NCBI GenBank assembly: GCA_011109175.1
Contig: RDEW01000041.1
Coordinates: 434,001-498,000, forward strand
Direction: 5' to 3'
DNA from: Dicyema japonicum
Taxonomy: Eukaryota; Animalia; Dicyemida
Length of the DNA: 64,000 bases
Part shown: positions 24,340-37,600 of the stretch, one piece after another
Numbering within the stretch: the stretch's first letter is position 1
Layout of the letters: the number at the start of each line of letters is the position of its first letter
The notes under the pieces: model-generated
What the model saw: only the letters and a program-made list of their open reading frames with translations
Database searches by the model: none
Told to the model about the DNA's origin: nothing
Translations under genes and position numbers: made by a program

Positions 24340-25070
24340 TAGAAGTTTGGTAATGAAAGACAATCATGTACCTGAGCTCTCTGAACCAACTTATATAACA
24401 AATCTTGCATTCCTCACAGATCACTTAAACAAATATAATGCCAGCCACTAGGGTCCGAAACAGTTTATTACGGTGATGTATGACTGCATAAAATCCTTCA
24501 AATTCAAACTTTCATTATGGGGAAAGCAGTTTGCAAATGATAATATTTTTGCACTTTCCAACGCTGCAGTTTTTAGAAATGTCAATAAGCAGAGGTTGAA
24601 AAATTATACAGATTTACTCTTGAAGTTATATAAGAACTTTGACGAACGTTTTCAAGATTTTTTAATATTAGAAGATCGATTTACACTTTTTACCACTACA
24701 ATGTCAATAAATGTTGAACTTATTACTAAGTAATTTCAAATGGAGATAGTGCAAGTTCAAAATGACACCCCAATGAAAAAAAATGCTGAAGTTGGAATTT
24801 TAGAATTATCTAAATTTCTTCGATGTAAAAGATTTTCTCAACTACATGCTTTATCTTTAGGAATCTAAGCAATGTTTGACACTACTTAGATGTAAGAACA
24901 ATTTTTTTCAACAATGAAATTAAATAAATCTTCTTTTAGATTAAAACTAAGGGATGAACATTTACAGTCTGTATTAAGGCTGGCAACTCTAAAAAAACAT
25001 AATCTGAGGACAGACATCGATCATTGCTTTCCAAGAGGCGTTGTCAAAAATCGTGGAATATTGAGTAATA
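24340..25070 (+). mobile_element. hAT transposase pseudogene (GTF2IRD2/SPIN-like C-terminus)
   Basis: LAFLTD, MYDCIKSFKFKLSLW, FDERFQDF, EQFFSTMKLNKS..RLKLRDEHLQSVLRLAT. Confidence 0.8.
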
Positions 25071-25571
25071 TATTGTTTTAAGTTTAAATAATAAATTAAC
25101 TTTTTTTGTAATTTTAAAAATTAAAAAATATTAATTTAATGTCAAAAAATGACCCAAGCAAATTACGGATAATAAAATGGCCCTTATAGGTTGAGATGGT
25201 GACGTGGCTCTGTTAAACATACGACAGAAAAACACTCATTACGATACAACCGAGAACTTCTGAAGCTAATGACATTTAATGTACGTGGAATATCAAAGGA
25301 TTTGAATTTGAGATCCCCTGTTTATGTAATATTTAATATATTCCGGTGTCCTCTGAGCCCGTAACCTTAAAAAAGGAAAACAGTGATTTTTCTCCATAAT
25401 GAAAGGTAGTGGACATTTTTCGCAGAGTTACATCACCACCCTAACTTATGACAAACTAATCACATTTCGAAGATTAGTTGAATAAATAACGGAAACAATA
25501 AAATTTATTTTTCTGTAAATAATCTAGATCGTCGAATCGCATGATTAATAGTGAATAGTGGTACACTTCCA

Positions 25572-25960
25572 ATGGAGGTATTTGATGTCTTCACTAAATT
25601 TACTGAACGAAAATACAGAAAAGACGACGATAGAGCTGATCACCTAAATCATACGTATACGACTGCTTTGCTAAATCTAATATAGAGCAGTAATCGAGCA
25701 AACCAATGATCTGTATGCTTCCCAAGCAATTTGACAGTAATTTGCTGAACAAATACATGGATTATGTCCACGATAGTCGATGGGTTAATAACACGTGCTA
25801 TGTTGCTTTAGATAAAAATTGATCACTCAAGCAAACTACAACTCAAGACTATCAATGGTCTCTATTTATATTTTTGATATTTGCCGCATTTTTCGGATCC
25901 CTTGTATCTTCTGGAGGTTGACTAGTGATCTTTGGGCATTAATCTCAGCAAATATCCAAG
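25572..25960 (+). pseudogene. Innexin 5' pseudogene fragment
   Basis: DDDRADHLNHTYTTALL, KPMICMLPKQF, WVNNTCYV, YQWSLFIFLIFAAFF, RIPCIFWR with frameshifts and stops. Confidence 0.8.
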
Positions 25961-25994
25961 CAAATGGAACGATAGTAATTTTGTTGCCATAGCA

Positions 25995-27232
25995 ATGAAT
26001 GTGGATAACTCTCACCAGCTTACTAGGGAGTGCAAGGTACAGAGGGAAGAGTCTGTCCGTGCATTAAAGGGAAAGTCAAAGCAGCTAAATATTGTCAACA
26101 AACGTCTGACACGTGTGTCCCTGGATTTTGGAGTGCTCTCAAACATTCAGATCCTAAATTTGAAGAACAACTTTCTAAAATCTCTGCCGGAAGAGATAAA
26201 ATTGCTAGAAAATGTAAACTATAAGCCTAAATCGTAGCTCAGAGAACTTGATCTGTCTAATAACAGCTTCAGCAGCATTCCCACCCAAATTAAAGGACTC
26301 AAAAGATTACTTCGTTTATTTTTGTTTAAAAACCAAATTAATTTCATTGAAGACGACTTTTTTTATTCAAATGATTGTATTTTGGTGGAAGTGTTAAATC
26401 TGAATGATAATTTGATTCAATATATTCCTTCCAGCATAAAATTGTTATTTTTATTTAAATAAAAATAGTTTAGAAAATTTAAAAATTTTATTTTTAACCA
26501 GAAATAAAATAAAATATGTTCCAGAAGAGATTGGGTTTCTTTCACAATTACAAGAACTCCATGTGGGTTTTAACGCCATAAAATTACTTCCCGAGGGAGT
26601 TGTCAAACTAAAAAGTCTCAGGAAACTTTCCATTCCTAGGAACAAGCTACAATCTTTCCCTTCAGTAGAATTTCTGTGAATTTTAGAAAATGGATAATTT
26701 GACAAATCTAACTCATTTGGACGTGGCAGGCAACTATCTCACCTTTATTCCGAACTCAGTTTAGTTTTGTGGTGTTAATTAGCTGAATCAACTGAATTTG
26801 AGGGAATTTTACTTTGAAATGAACTGTTTCGAGGTAAAACATAAAAATATCACTACGGAGTCGATCATCTTGGTGCCAAAATTATCAGTATTTTTGTTAA
26901 ATTGACCAGGAAATCGCACTTCGCCAAATTGTGACAGAAATCGATGACTCCCTCACTTCTCGGTGACTTGAGTTGGTAAACCTAGCACCTCTCTGGATTT
27001 CATGGATAAACCAAAAATATTGGACGCTTTATTCCGTTCTCATCGCTGCTTTGTGTGCATAAGGTGGTGGTCGACTGTTTCATTGAGTGTGTCTATTATT
27101 CCCGAATGAGGGTTGGTCTCTGTCTTGATTATATAGAAAGGGGAATCTGAGCTTATCCCCATACAAGTATTCGTGTGCTCTAGTGAATGCTTCTTTGAGT
27201 CACAAATAACTCTTTATTCCGTTATTAAATAA
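25995..27232 (+). CDS. LRRC69: Leucine-rich repeat protein 69-like, 8 exons; true start uncertain; one frame break near 27060
   Basis: LRRs, LDVAGN..LREFYFEMN, C-terminal CFVC..FIECV..IPIQVFVCSSECF; seven 22-25 nt GT-AG introns. Confidence 0.75.
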
Positions 27233-27841
27233 ATTCCATGTTTCAATCATAATGAGATATTGACCAGTTGGCCTAATGGCTGAACAGTGATTTAGCTCTA
27301 GTGCAGTATAGTGTAGCTCTTGTGCCATTGATCTCCTTATCTCGTCGAGGGGCAATCTCGTCTTCTTTTTTATGGATTTAGGAGATATTGGAGTTCGTAT
27401 TTTATGAAATAAGAAAGGATTGTGGTATCATTCCCTGGGTTTGAATCTCTTCTGATCCAAATTGGAGAAACTCTAAAAGAACAGTCTGACTTGATTAAGA
27501 GCTATTTGATTAGAGCCAATGTTTTGGAGGAGCTATTGAGTCGTTTTGGGTTCTCTTTTTTATGATCCTCCAAGCCACCCATTATTTTGACGAACTTTAT
27601 AGTTATGAGGCCAAGATAAATTTCTAGTTCGAATTAACACGTGAGTTCATATTACCGTAATGAAACACCATCTTCTACATTTTCCTTAACCTTTGTTCGC
27701 TTGAATAATTATAGATTGAAGGTGCGTCTAATGTGGTTTAAAAATGCTTTGTTAGACAAATAACACGATTTTACTCGATAAATGAAATTGTTGGTCGTTT
27801 TCTCATATTTAGATTGAAGTTTGTAAGGTTTTCAAAACTAT

Positions 27842-29214
27842 TTGACTTCAAATGAGCGAAATCTGATTCCTTCAAGATGCAGGACCATCCCTCCCATGGA
27901 TCGTGTTTCCAACGAAATGACCCTTCAGAGTACTGCGCTGGAACTGAAACGTAAACCTTTCGGTGATCTGTGTCGCAGTCTCGCGATTTTATCGCTGTGT
28001 TCCATGACTGTCTTTTCAGACAACTGCGAACGGCTCATGACGGTTGGAAAACAATTTTTGGGAAATTATTTGTTCGACAAACTAATGAAGATGACCTTTT
28101 ATAAGTATTTCGCCATCGGAGAAACTGAGACTGAAATTCAGAGGAATCTGAGGCTGAATTCAGAATATAAAATAAACACAATGATAATGATGGCTTATGA
28201 GGATGACCTCGGACTCGTCTCTGCCGAAGAATACGACAAAGCCTTGGATAGAAACCAAAGAGAATTCATTCATGTCCTCAATATCCTAAAAAGAACCGAC
28301 GAAAAGGACATTGTTATGCACTCGAAAATGACGGGGTTCTTTCCATTATCGACTTTGAGAACAATCTCAGAGATGGTCTCCAACCAAAGTGACTATAACA
28401 ACGTTGTAACTTCGCTCAAGAATATTTTCACTGAGGAGCTGAAGATCGGAGATACTGTTTTCAAGGATTTTACTGAATCAGAGAAGAGATATTTGTCAAT
28501 TGGGTTGGAAAAGCTAAAACCAGTAATGCGGGAGATAGAAACCAGCGATATCAAGCTTTTAGTGGATTCAGAGTACTCTGATATTAATACAGGAATCGAT
28601 GCTTTGGTTGCAGCACTGGCTCTTGTGTACAATAAAGTTCGGCCAACAATTGGGTTCACATTCCAGTGTTATCTGAAAAATATAATGGACGGGATTAACC
28701 GAAACTTAGACTTGATTGACGCCTCCGACGTTTGCTGGTCCTGTAAACTCGTACGAGGAGCTTATATGGTCTCTGAGGAAATTAAAGCGAAGAATAGTGG
28801 GGTACCAAATCCAGTGAATGATTCCTATGAATTGACGAGTGAAATGTACGACAATGCTATAAAGGCGATGTTTTTGAGGGATTTTGCCAAAGATCATAAC
28901 ATCATGTTGGCCACACACAATCTCAAATCACTTCGACAAGCCTGTCTCCTGCTTGCCTCGGACTCCAAAAAAGCCGAGTTCTTCAATTTCGGACAACTGA
29001 AGGGAATGTCTGAACATCTGAGTTTGAAGCTGACTCGCTGAATTTCCAGGTCTACAAATCAGCGCCTTATGGCTCTGTCCAGGAAACTATTCCATATCTT
29101 GTGCGGAGAGTTAATGAAAACTCTTCAATTTTCGATAATTGCAAAGATGACGTGAGATTACTGAAACAGGAGTTTTACTCGAGGATTAAAAATACTGTTT
29201 TATTCAGGAAATGA
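27842..29214 (+). CDS. PRODH: Proline dehydrogenase; frame break near 29036, start uncertain
   Basis: LLVDSEY, TFQCYLK, KLVRGAYM, LATHN, FGQLKGM, then shifted-frame VYKSAPYGSVQETIPYLVRRVNEN to TGA at 29214. Confidence 0.9.
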
Positions 29215-29549
29215 GGACTTTTCTAATAACTCTAATTTCATTTACGAACTAATTTTACAAATACAAATAAATAGACCACAAAATTCCATAAATTAAATGA
29301 AAATCTCACAAAACCACGGTAACACTAAACTAACCACCGACGTGATCTCGACAGCCTCGAGGAGAGACTTCATCTTGGCTCGATACTACTCTTCCGAGCC
29401 AATACAAGCACGTATCGAGCGTAAAAATGGATGCTCGTAGTTGAATGGGCACACCTATCGGTTCAAACGGTTTAAGGATTCCTGAGAAATCGGAGAGGAG
29501 TCTGTTCCTGAAGTCTGTTGAATCCTTATTATGGTTAGTTTTGACCTTA

Positions 29550-29860
29550 ATTTATTTATTTAATAACCCCGAAAAAGGAACACCAAGAAAGAAGGAGTAA
29601 ACCAACTAATTAAGTGATCCCGGTACGCCTCAACAGGATCGAGAGGTTTTCCCTGTGTTCCTCCAGAGTACCCACGGCTTTCCTGAATAGACGACTATCA
29701 TCTTTCATTAGAGTTTGAAGAGGGGTGGATTTTTTTCCCAAATTTCGTGTATTTGAGGCCACTAGGCTTGAATAGAAGAAACGACTTGTTTCTTGGCCAC
29801 ACAGACCGATGAAGCCGGAGCCATTATTTTTGATTGCGGCGTGGTCAAGCATTGGGAACA
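29550..29860 (-). mobile_element. 5'-truncated recent copy of the ingi-like LINE
   Basis: Near-identical reverse complement of about 18230-18535 including the tail. Confidence 0.9.
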
Positions 29861-29967
29861 ATTTATTACTAAAGATCTTTAATATAAAAAATTTATTTAA
29901 CCGCCCAATTATTCATTTACTAATTAATTTCCAACAAATTAACTTTAATTCAAAATTAATAACTACG

Positions 29968-30281
29968 TATCCGCGTGGCGCCATGTGGTGCTTTGTTGAT
30001 AATTGGTTGAAGTTTCTGTTTTGTTCTTCTGCTCCTCCTCTCTTTTCCTATTATGTGATCCACCTATCTAGGTGGCGCCCAGTGCTAGGCCGGCACGAAA
30101 AAGGATCATTTGCTCTCCCCCACTCCACTGGAGGGGTTTCCACAACTGCATGTAACGGACGTCTTACCTTTAATGTTGATTCCAGATGGACTCTGTTTCT
30201 GTAAAAGTGGAAACTGGATACACTTAATTAGTTGTTTACTTTAACATCTTTCTCTGTGCATACGGAGTTAATAAATAAATG
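29968..30281 (+). mobile_element. Short non-autonomous retroelement, copy 2
   Basis: Alignable end-to-end with 9645-9959; TSD-like ATAACTACG (29959-29967) / ATAACTTCG (30282-30290). Confidence 0.8.
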
Positions 30282-30745
30282 ATAACTTCGCGCTTGTGTG
30301 GGGTCGAAGGAGGAGCATCGGGCCAAGATGAGGTCCCTGCTAGTGCGTGCTGGGTAATCCGAACTTAAATAATCTGAATTTTTTGATGACTTTTCAAAAT
30401 TTTACAAAGATTCCATACAAACAGGCTTCAATAAACCGAAACTTCATTATCCGAAAGACTTTTATTAAAAATTTGGGATTAATTTATTTTTATTGAACAT
30501 TTAAATTAATTTAAAATTAAAATTTAACAGTACCACATGGTTATAAGGAGGACTGAAATTTCAATTGCTCAGAAAAGAAAAATTGTGAAATAAAAAATAC
30601 ATCAAAAATACTCTCAGAGAATAATCCCATATCTTTGAAATAAAAATGAACTTTTATTTGGGAAAACTGTGAAACTATGATTAACGAGTCAAGACAGCCT
30701 ACTGGTAAACATCATCAACTTGATAATTCCCTTGTTGAATGGATA

Positions 30746-31463
30746 CGGTGTCCGGACATTTGGCCGACAGGAAATTTTGGTTTTAAAATTCAGAGATAAA
30801 AATCAAGATAAAAACATTTACTTAAAAGTTATGAGAAAGCGCAGTCACTTGTTCTACTGTGAGCTCCCACTCCGACTGTTTTTTTGTATTTTTGCAACAA
30901 GCCGACAAAAGGTTGGATGTATTATAGACACTCTTTGTGAAAAAGATCTGTGCCATCCTTCAAGTAAATTCGTAGTTCTTTGGAGGCCTTCTGCCTGTCT
31001 GTCGTGTACATTCCACATTTCCAAACTAAACAATGGTCTTCTTTTCCTTTCACGTTGCAAGGCTCCGATCCATGTTATCTCAAAATAGGTCAGAATATCT
31101 CCCAACACGTCATCAGTCTCGTCATCTATGGTTTCAAGGAGCCCTCGGAAACTCTCAATGACTTGAGGTACAGAACAAATGCCAGTGGTTGAATACTTTT
31201 AATTAAGTTTACATTTGCTGGGTCATTATACCATCCCTAGATTTTGTATTTTTCGCCACAAACACTGCCCATAGTAAAAGTAGAAAATATTTGTTCATAC
31301 ATTTGTTGAGATTTTTCTCGAGATTAGCGTACACTAATAGAACCGTACATGTTTCACATAATGCAACATTTATACTGTATAACTGAAAACCTAATCGGCC
31401 AAATTTCCTAGCACCGTATGGGTGTGTCGGCTAAACGTCTTTCGGCCAAATGTCCTAGTACCG
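30746..31463 (-). mobile_element. MULE (Mutator-like) deletion derivative
   Basis: RTTNLLEGWHRSF..HPT transposase motif; inverted termini CGGTGTCCGGACATTTGGCCGA / TCGGCCAAATGTCCTAGTACCG. Confidence 0.75.
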
Positions 31464-31512
31464 ATTACATCAATTCTCAAGTCTGGAAAGCGCCTTGCCA
31501 AAACTGCTTGTG

Positions 31513-33652
31513 TAGAGCATACACATTTATTATTGTGATGAGTGCTCTAGATTCTTGAGAGAGTATGTTTTCATTCGACCCATAAGTGGCCGTGGAGTCA
31601 ATAAAAACGATTCTTTGGACTGCAAGACCCAGTCCATAGTGTCTTGAGTGGGAGGATAGTCTCTTGTAGGCAGCACACTGTTAAACCTTATGCTTTTATG
31701 TCCTCAAGTAGTTACTCTTTTGTATTTTTGCGCAATTCCCAGAACATTGAAAAGTATGCCACCACCTCAACCTTTGTCAGTTTAATTGTCCATTTTGATA
31801 ATTTTTTTAATCAAATATTTAAAATTTAAAATATAATTATTAATAAATAAAAGAAAATTTACCTGGAGAGGTTTCATTATGGCATGGAGCCAGTTTTTGT
31901 TGTTTCTAAACAATTTTTTATTCTCTGCAGAAACAAAGGAATTTAATTCTGATGTTACTTGTTGATATTTCGAAAAGAAAGTGGCAGATGTGGACTCACG
32001 TCAGTGGAAGAAGACAACAGGAGCCATTGTATTAAGTCAACCTTCATATACAAGAAAGAGGAGTCCTGGGATTAAGAAAAGAAGGCAATCATTGAGATGA
32101 GATGGTTTATATAGGTCCTTTACATATGAATGTGAGGCTTGTTTTTTTATAATATTGATCGCATCATCTCGGTCATAGAGGTCAACAACGGAGCAATTAA
32201 GTTTATTATCAGAAGAGGCTGGATAGGGTTTTGAATGAAGAAAAGAGCCTTGAGAATCATCCAGTACAAGTTATTGAAAGTTAACTCAGATTTTCGACTA
32301 GTGCGTACGACTACAAAGGAGTATTAAAGAGTAAAGAGAATGTTTTCTAGAGTTCATTCACAAGGTTAGACGTAAGAAATAAAAGTAGAGTGAATCATGT
32401 CCCGTCATATTTAACAGTCTCATGAATTCTACCTTACATAATTAATATTTGATGTTTATAGTTTGGTTTAAATGGTCAACTGGCCTAATGGTCGGTTGAT
32501 CACCAAAACCCAAAGTTCTGAGAATAAAATCAAAGTTAGGTCCATAAAAGGAAAAAGGACCGTTTTTTAGGTGAATAATTCAATTCTTTTGGTTATGTAG
32601 TAGCTTTTCGTACGTTTAATTCATCAATGAAGAAGATTTTATCAAACATAATTTGAAAATTCGCCAAAGTTCATATCCTATACTACAATTAATTTTTTGA
32701 ATAAAAAAAATTTTAATGCAAAAACTATCAACTACTGGCTTCTATCATAATTGAGAACCCATTTCCTATCAAGATTTGCAACACTAACTGAGCAAACTCT
32801 TTTCTCTCCTATCATTTTTTGTTCATGATTAGCGATCCGATTCTGTTTAACAAGATTAGTGATTTGCTTCATTTGATTCCTGACGTTCGCGACTGGTTCA
32901 AAAATGAACTGTTTACAAGGAGACGACAGTAATTATCACTATGGCATCTATTGGAAATAAAGTGTGAGTTATAAAATAAGGTTTAAACAATAGAGACATC
33001 ACTATTCGTCGCTGACGAAATGCAGTTTTTCAATTTCTATTGTGAATTAAGGTTTTTTTTACCAGCTTTATTAATCCACATCCAATATCGACTTCCCCCT
33101 TAGTTATGTACCTAGTGCATTATGTTAGATCACTTCATAGCTTTTCGCTTAAAATTCCAGTTCCATCAAAAATCTCAATTATTTTTTTTTTTAATAAAAT
33201 TCTACGATAATAATCGAAAACTATCATCTTTCTATAAACCCAGAGTATTATCCCCCTGGATCCCCAGAGAATCTGTCTTTCAAGTTTCCTGTTCCCTCTT
33301 GGAGGAAAATCGTACCGACCAAGTCATCCAAAAGATGTTCACCATGTCGGCTAGTCAGAAGTTGGAAGCGTGGGGTCTCCTGCTCTGGTTGTGGAAATTT
33401 CTTCCACCTTGGGTGTGTCAAGCTATCCAAAGCCGCAGTGAGCGCGCTTTGAGTTGGCCATTCATGCCTTTTCCTATTCAGGGGGTTCCCTATATTTACG
33501 CCACTGTTATTTCTCTTGTTAATTATCCATAAACCACTAACTCCGATCCATTCCTGCGCCTCATCTCTGAGCGACGTTCTTTACAGACTATCCCGATAAA
33601 GATCCCCTAGGCTGTTTGCCCTGTCACTGCAAAGACCCTTTCCAATACAATC
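31513..33652. repeat. Segmental duplication of 62404-64000 (APE remnant, decayed micro-intron gene, CRE fragment)
   Basis: 31513-32750 matches 62404-63683 and 33337-33652 matches 63684-64000. Confidence 0.9.
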
Positions 33653-33810
33653 GAACATTCCCTCCGGACTAACGCTAAACAGGATTGGGTGCGAATTCTC
33701 AGTGTTGTGCTTCTCACACTGGAATTGATCTAGATGGTCACGAGAAGAAGTCTCTCGCTACCGCCATGAGGACCAACATTCGTTTTTTATGAAAGGCACT
33801 CATATCCCCA
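33535..33810 (+). mobile_element. CRE-clade N-terminal fragment
   Basis: LRLISERRS..IPIKIP..DWVRI..SLATAMRTNIRFFMKGTH parallels ORF 36043-37599. Confidence 0.7.
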
Positions 33811-34639
33811 GTTAAGCATATCTTCAATGTCTGGTCCGAGGATTACTCATGGAAGCAGGCCGGTATCACTGGGAGGACTTAGACATTTCTCTCCTTGCAA
33901 ATCTCTCTTCTCTAATGGCGTGTAACACCCTTGTCAAGAATATTCTACACTCCCTCCCTAAATTCTCTACTTACAAGGACGCAGGTCCTGAGCCGTACCT
34001 ATCAGTTTTCCCTATCTTCCATGTTCTCTCAGCGGAGTCTAGACGATTCTCTATGCGGAAATCATTTGAATATATGTTAGTGTCAATAACCAACATCGCC
34101 GTTCCTGTTTGTTTTCGGGGACATTTCGAGACCGACGTCTGGTTCAACGCAATTCCTAATGGATATTTTGGTTTGAAAAAGTATATCCGAAGTATTGATA
34201 TTTAAAGATAAGGCACTTTTATACATCTGATCCCAATTGGGTACAAAAATCTTTAAAAATGAGAGAAATGTTAGCGATAAGGAATATTTTTGAAGTTGAA
34301 AATCTCTATCAATAATAGCACAGGCAGTGCCAGAATATCGAATAATAATAGTAATAATGTCTGACAGAAGAGAAAGTCAATCTTTATTAAAATTAAAACT
34401 CAAAATTGGTTTCAAAAAAGTCAAAGCTGAGTGTATAGAAAACTTTTGGTCAGTGCCTAGATGTTATGACTTGGGTCACATAGCGAGATTTGTAGAAATT
34501 GAGTGAAATTCCTGATTTTCCCACGTTCTCATTGGAAAGCGGAATGTAAAACTAATTGTCTAAAAACTAAAGACCACTCAAAATAATTTGGGTTGCCAAA
34601 AGGCAATTATAACCAAACAATAGATTTTTTTAAATTAAA

Positions 34640-37600
34640 TATTTATTTATTTATTAATTTAAACAATAGAAGTCAGGTAGTTGCCGCCCTCACCGCGTGG
34701 CTGTTCCCTCTCAAAATTGCAAGCGAAATTCGCTCAAATAGCCAGCGGCGTTCGCGGAGATCTCCAGTGCATGAGGTGATCCGGTTTCCAAGACGTCCGA
34801 AAAACTCGAGTGTAGAGGGGGAGTAGGATCCGGAAGTCTCCATAGCAAGGGGAACAAATTTGACATCATCGTGAAGGTCGACGTATTTAACGAGTTTGGC
34901 CTTCTCCGCCTTTACGGATGCTGAACAGGCCCTTGTAGCACTCTCGTGAAGATTTTTCTGGGCGAACGTGTCTGTACATGTCACATCCCAAACCAGTGGT
35001 TTCCCGGCCTCAAATGGAAATATGGTCATCCCGTCCGGTCGTTTCCCGTCACTTCTGCATAACCCGACCGGTTCAAGAATGGCCGAGTATCCAGCAGCAT
35101 CCATAGCTCGCCTGACAATTTCATTCAGAGCCTTGTGCCTTGGGGATCTGCCAGCGCTCCTCCTGCAGGCGAGAGGGTGCAGGCCATAGCAGTCTATCAG
35201 GATGCCACATCGGCACGGGTGAGGTACACATACTTTTAGTCCCAGCCGCAGAGAGATACCAGTTCTAACGCATTCATCATCCAGAAAAGTGCCCAAAGCT
35301 CCATTGGGGATGGCGTTTAGCCAAGCTCCGCTCTCAGGGGAAGCCCCCGAAAGCAAACAAGCGCGTCGGTGCTGATTGGCAGATTCTAGTAGGAGTCCAA
35401 ATGATTTCCAGCATAATAAGTTGTCCAGGTTTCGCTGGCGATCTTGGGAAGGAGGCAGGGGGAGGTTGGTGGCATTCCAGGCTTCTCGTGCGTGGATTAT
35501 CTCTTGGTCAGTTGAGAATTCGGGTGGGGAGTGTAGAATCCTCCTGACCAAAGGTTCGCAGGCCGTGAGTGATGATAAATGAGCGGGAAGTGAGACGTCC
35601 AAAGTTCGACGGATTCCAAGACCCCCGAATCTAACTGGGAGTGTAGCCTGCATCCATGTATCATCGTCGAATCGGACATTAAATATTTGCTCCGTCGAGC
35701 TGAGGAGAGACAAATCAAAATTCTCGAGCAGCTCCAGTTGAGAATAATATGGAGCTGTCCTTAGTAGATAGGAGATTCTCTGGATGTTGAGACTTCTTTT
35801 CAATAGGAATAGTGCTGTGTGCAAGTCCAGCAGCTGTAATCTTTCCAGCGAATCGCATAGGAGTCGTTTTTTGTCAAGGAGGACATGCTTCATCGCATTA
35901 CTAGTGATCGGGGATCCAAGAAAAATCAATTCATTTTCAGGGGTCGAAATCCCACCGGGAAACAAGGAGTAAAATTTTTGAACAATTGAAGAGAAGTCAT
36001 CGTCAGCAAGACCACAGTTTGTTATTTCACATTTCGTTATATTCAACTGAAGACCCACCTCGGACAGCGCGGGGTGAGTACTTCTAAGTCCTGGAAGACC
36101 GTTTCCGGGGGACCTCCTAAGACAGCGTCATCGAGGTACCAGATGTTGAGTGGGCATCTAGAGAGCTTCGTGATCCTCTCAATGCCGAGGGAGAACAGCA
36201 GTGGTCCGAGGGGGTCGCCCTGTTGAACACCTGAGGACGATGGAACTATGAAATCCCCGTGCAATAGTGATGAAGGTTTTCCGTATGAATAATTGACCAG
36301 TTCAAATATGTACGGACATCTTTCCTTGCAGGCCTCCAGAATGCAGTCTCTTCTTAAGCTGTTAAAAGCGTTCTTGATGTCCAGTTTTACCATAATGTGC
36401 CTTTTAAAGTCTTGAATGCTGCTGTTCCTGAATCTTCTGACGGAGTGAACGGCTGCCTCACATCCAAGACGAACTCCGACTCCAACTTGACTGGGAAGTA
36501 AGGATTTTGACAAGATTGACGTAGAAAATCTGGAAGCAATCTTGGCTGCTAGTCTTCTGAAAGTGAATCCGACCGCGATCGGGCGGATTCCACCTCCCTT
36601 CTTGTCGACGGCAATCAGACTAGCCGAAAACAAGATATGACGTATCAAATCAGGCAAATGTCCAGATAATATCCTGTTCATAAGAGAAGTGAGTGAGTAT
36701 GAAAGACGACTTGCTTGGTCTCCAATAGTCGGTGAAATAAGGTCTTTAAGATGGCCGGGCCTTAAGCCATCGAGACCTCCACAGCTACTTGGTGCAAAGT
36801 TCCATAACGCCGTGATGACATCCTCAGGCGACGTGGTCAAAGGGGTCGCTTCTGATGGGGGCGAGCAATGGCGTAGGTCATTCGGAGAGGGTGGATGTTT
36901 CCCCAATAGCGTCTTGTAAGTATCAATGGTTGGATTGCGTGGTCCATCTGAGAGTGAGAGGGCCTTCAATGCGGATCGGGTTCCTCCTTCAAGCAACTTC
37001 GATCGTACGGTCTTTCTTAGGCGAAGAATCTCCGTTTCCCGAGTTGAACTCCGAGTCTCAGTTGAACGGATGCAGAAGGACGTGAGGTCCGTAAAGTGAG
37101 TTCCATCCATAAATGCGCGGATGTTGTTCTTCATCTCAATCGAGAGAGACTCCTTCCCATTGCGATCTCTAGAGGAGCCAAGAGCGAAAGGAGCAAAATT
37201 AAACAAACGTATCCAGTCGTTTATAGAGTCGGAGCGGAGTGCATCGTCGATTGCTTTGGTTAAGGCTTCGGCAGCTAGGGGGCGGGCTGCTTTAGGGATC
37301 TTCACCGGGATACTCCTCGATGACCGGCGTTCATTGATAATTTTGAGCAGCGAATCTGGATCCAAATTGGAAAGGTTTGCCCCGGAGGTACATGCACTCG
37401 CGTGACCATTAGGAAACCCCGAACCAATTCCAAGGCACGAGCGGCAGTGCCATACCCCAAGAGCACGGATAGAGGCCTGAGAGAGCTTCAAACACCCGAG
37501 GTGAAAGAAGACTCCACAGGCAGAACAAGAAATTCCAAACTTTCTCAAATTGCTCATGTTGCAGGCAGAGCAATTAGACGATGACTTTTCGAGTAACATT

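Noticed and set aside
29036-29041. TGA read-through or alternative genetic code in PRODH
   Set aside because: The C-terminus continues in a different frame, and TGA and TAA are used as normal stops in other genes
34560-34672. Spliced-leader RNA gene as CRE target site
   Set aside because: Flanks of the CRE copies share only A/T-rich tails; no SL exon, donor or Sm site recognised
34673-37599. Retron, group II intron or programmed frameshift between two ORFs
   Set aside because: Motifs are CRE-clade RT plus REL, normally one ORF; no slippery site was seen and single-base indels are common in this assembly
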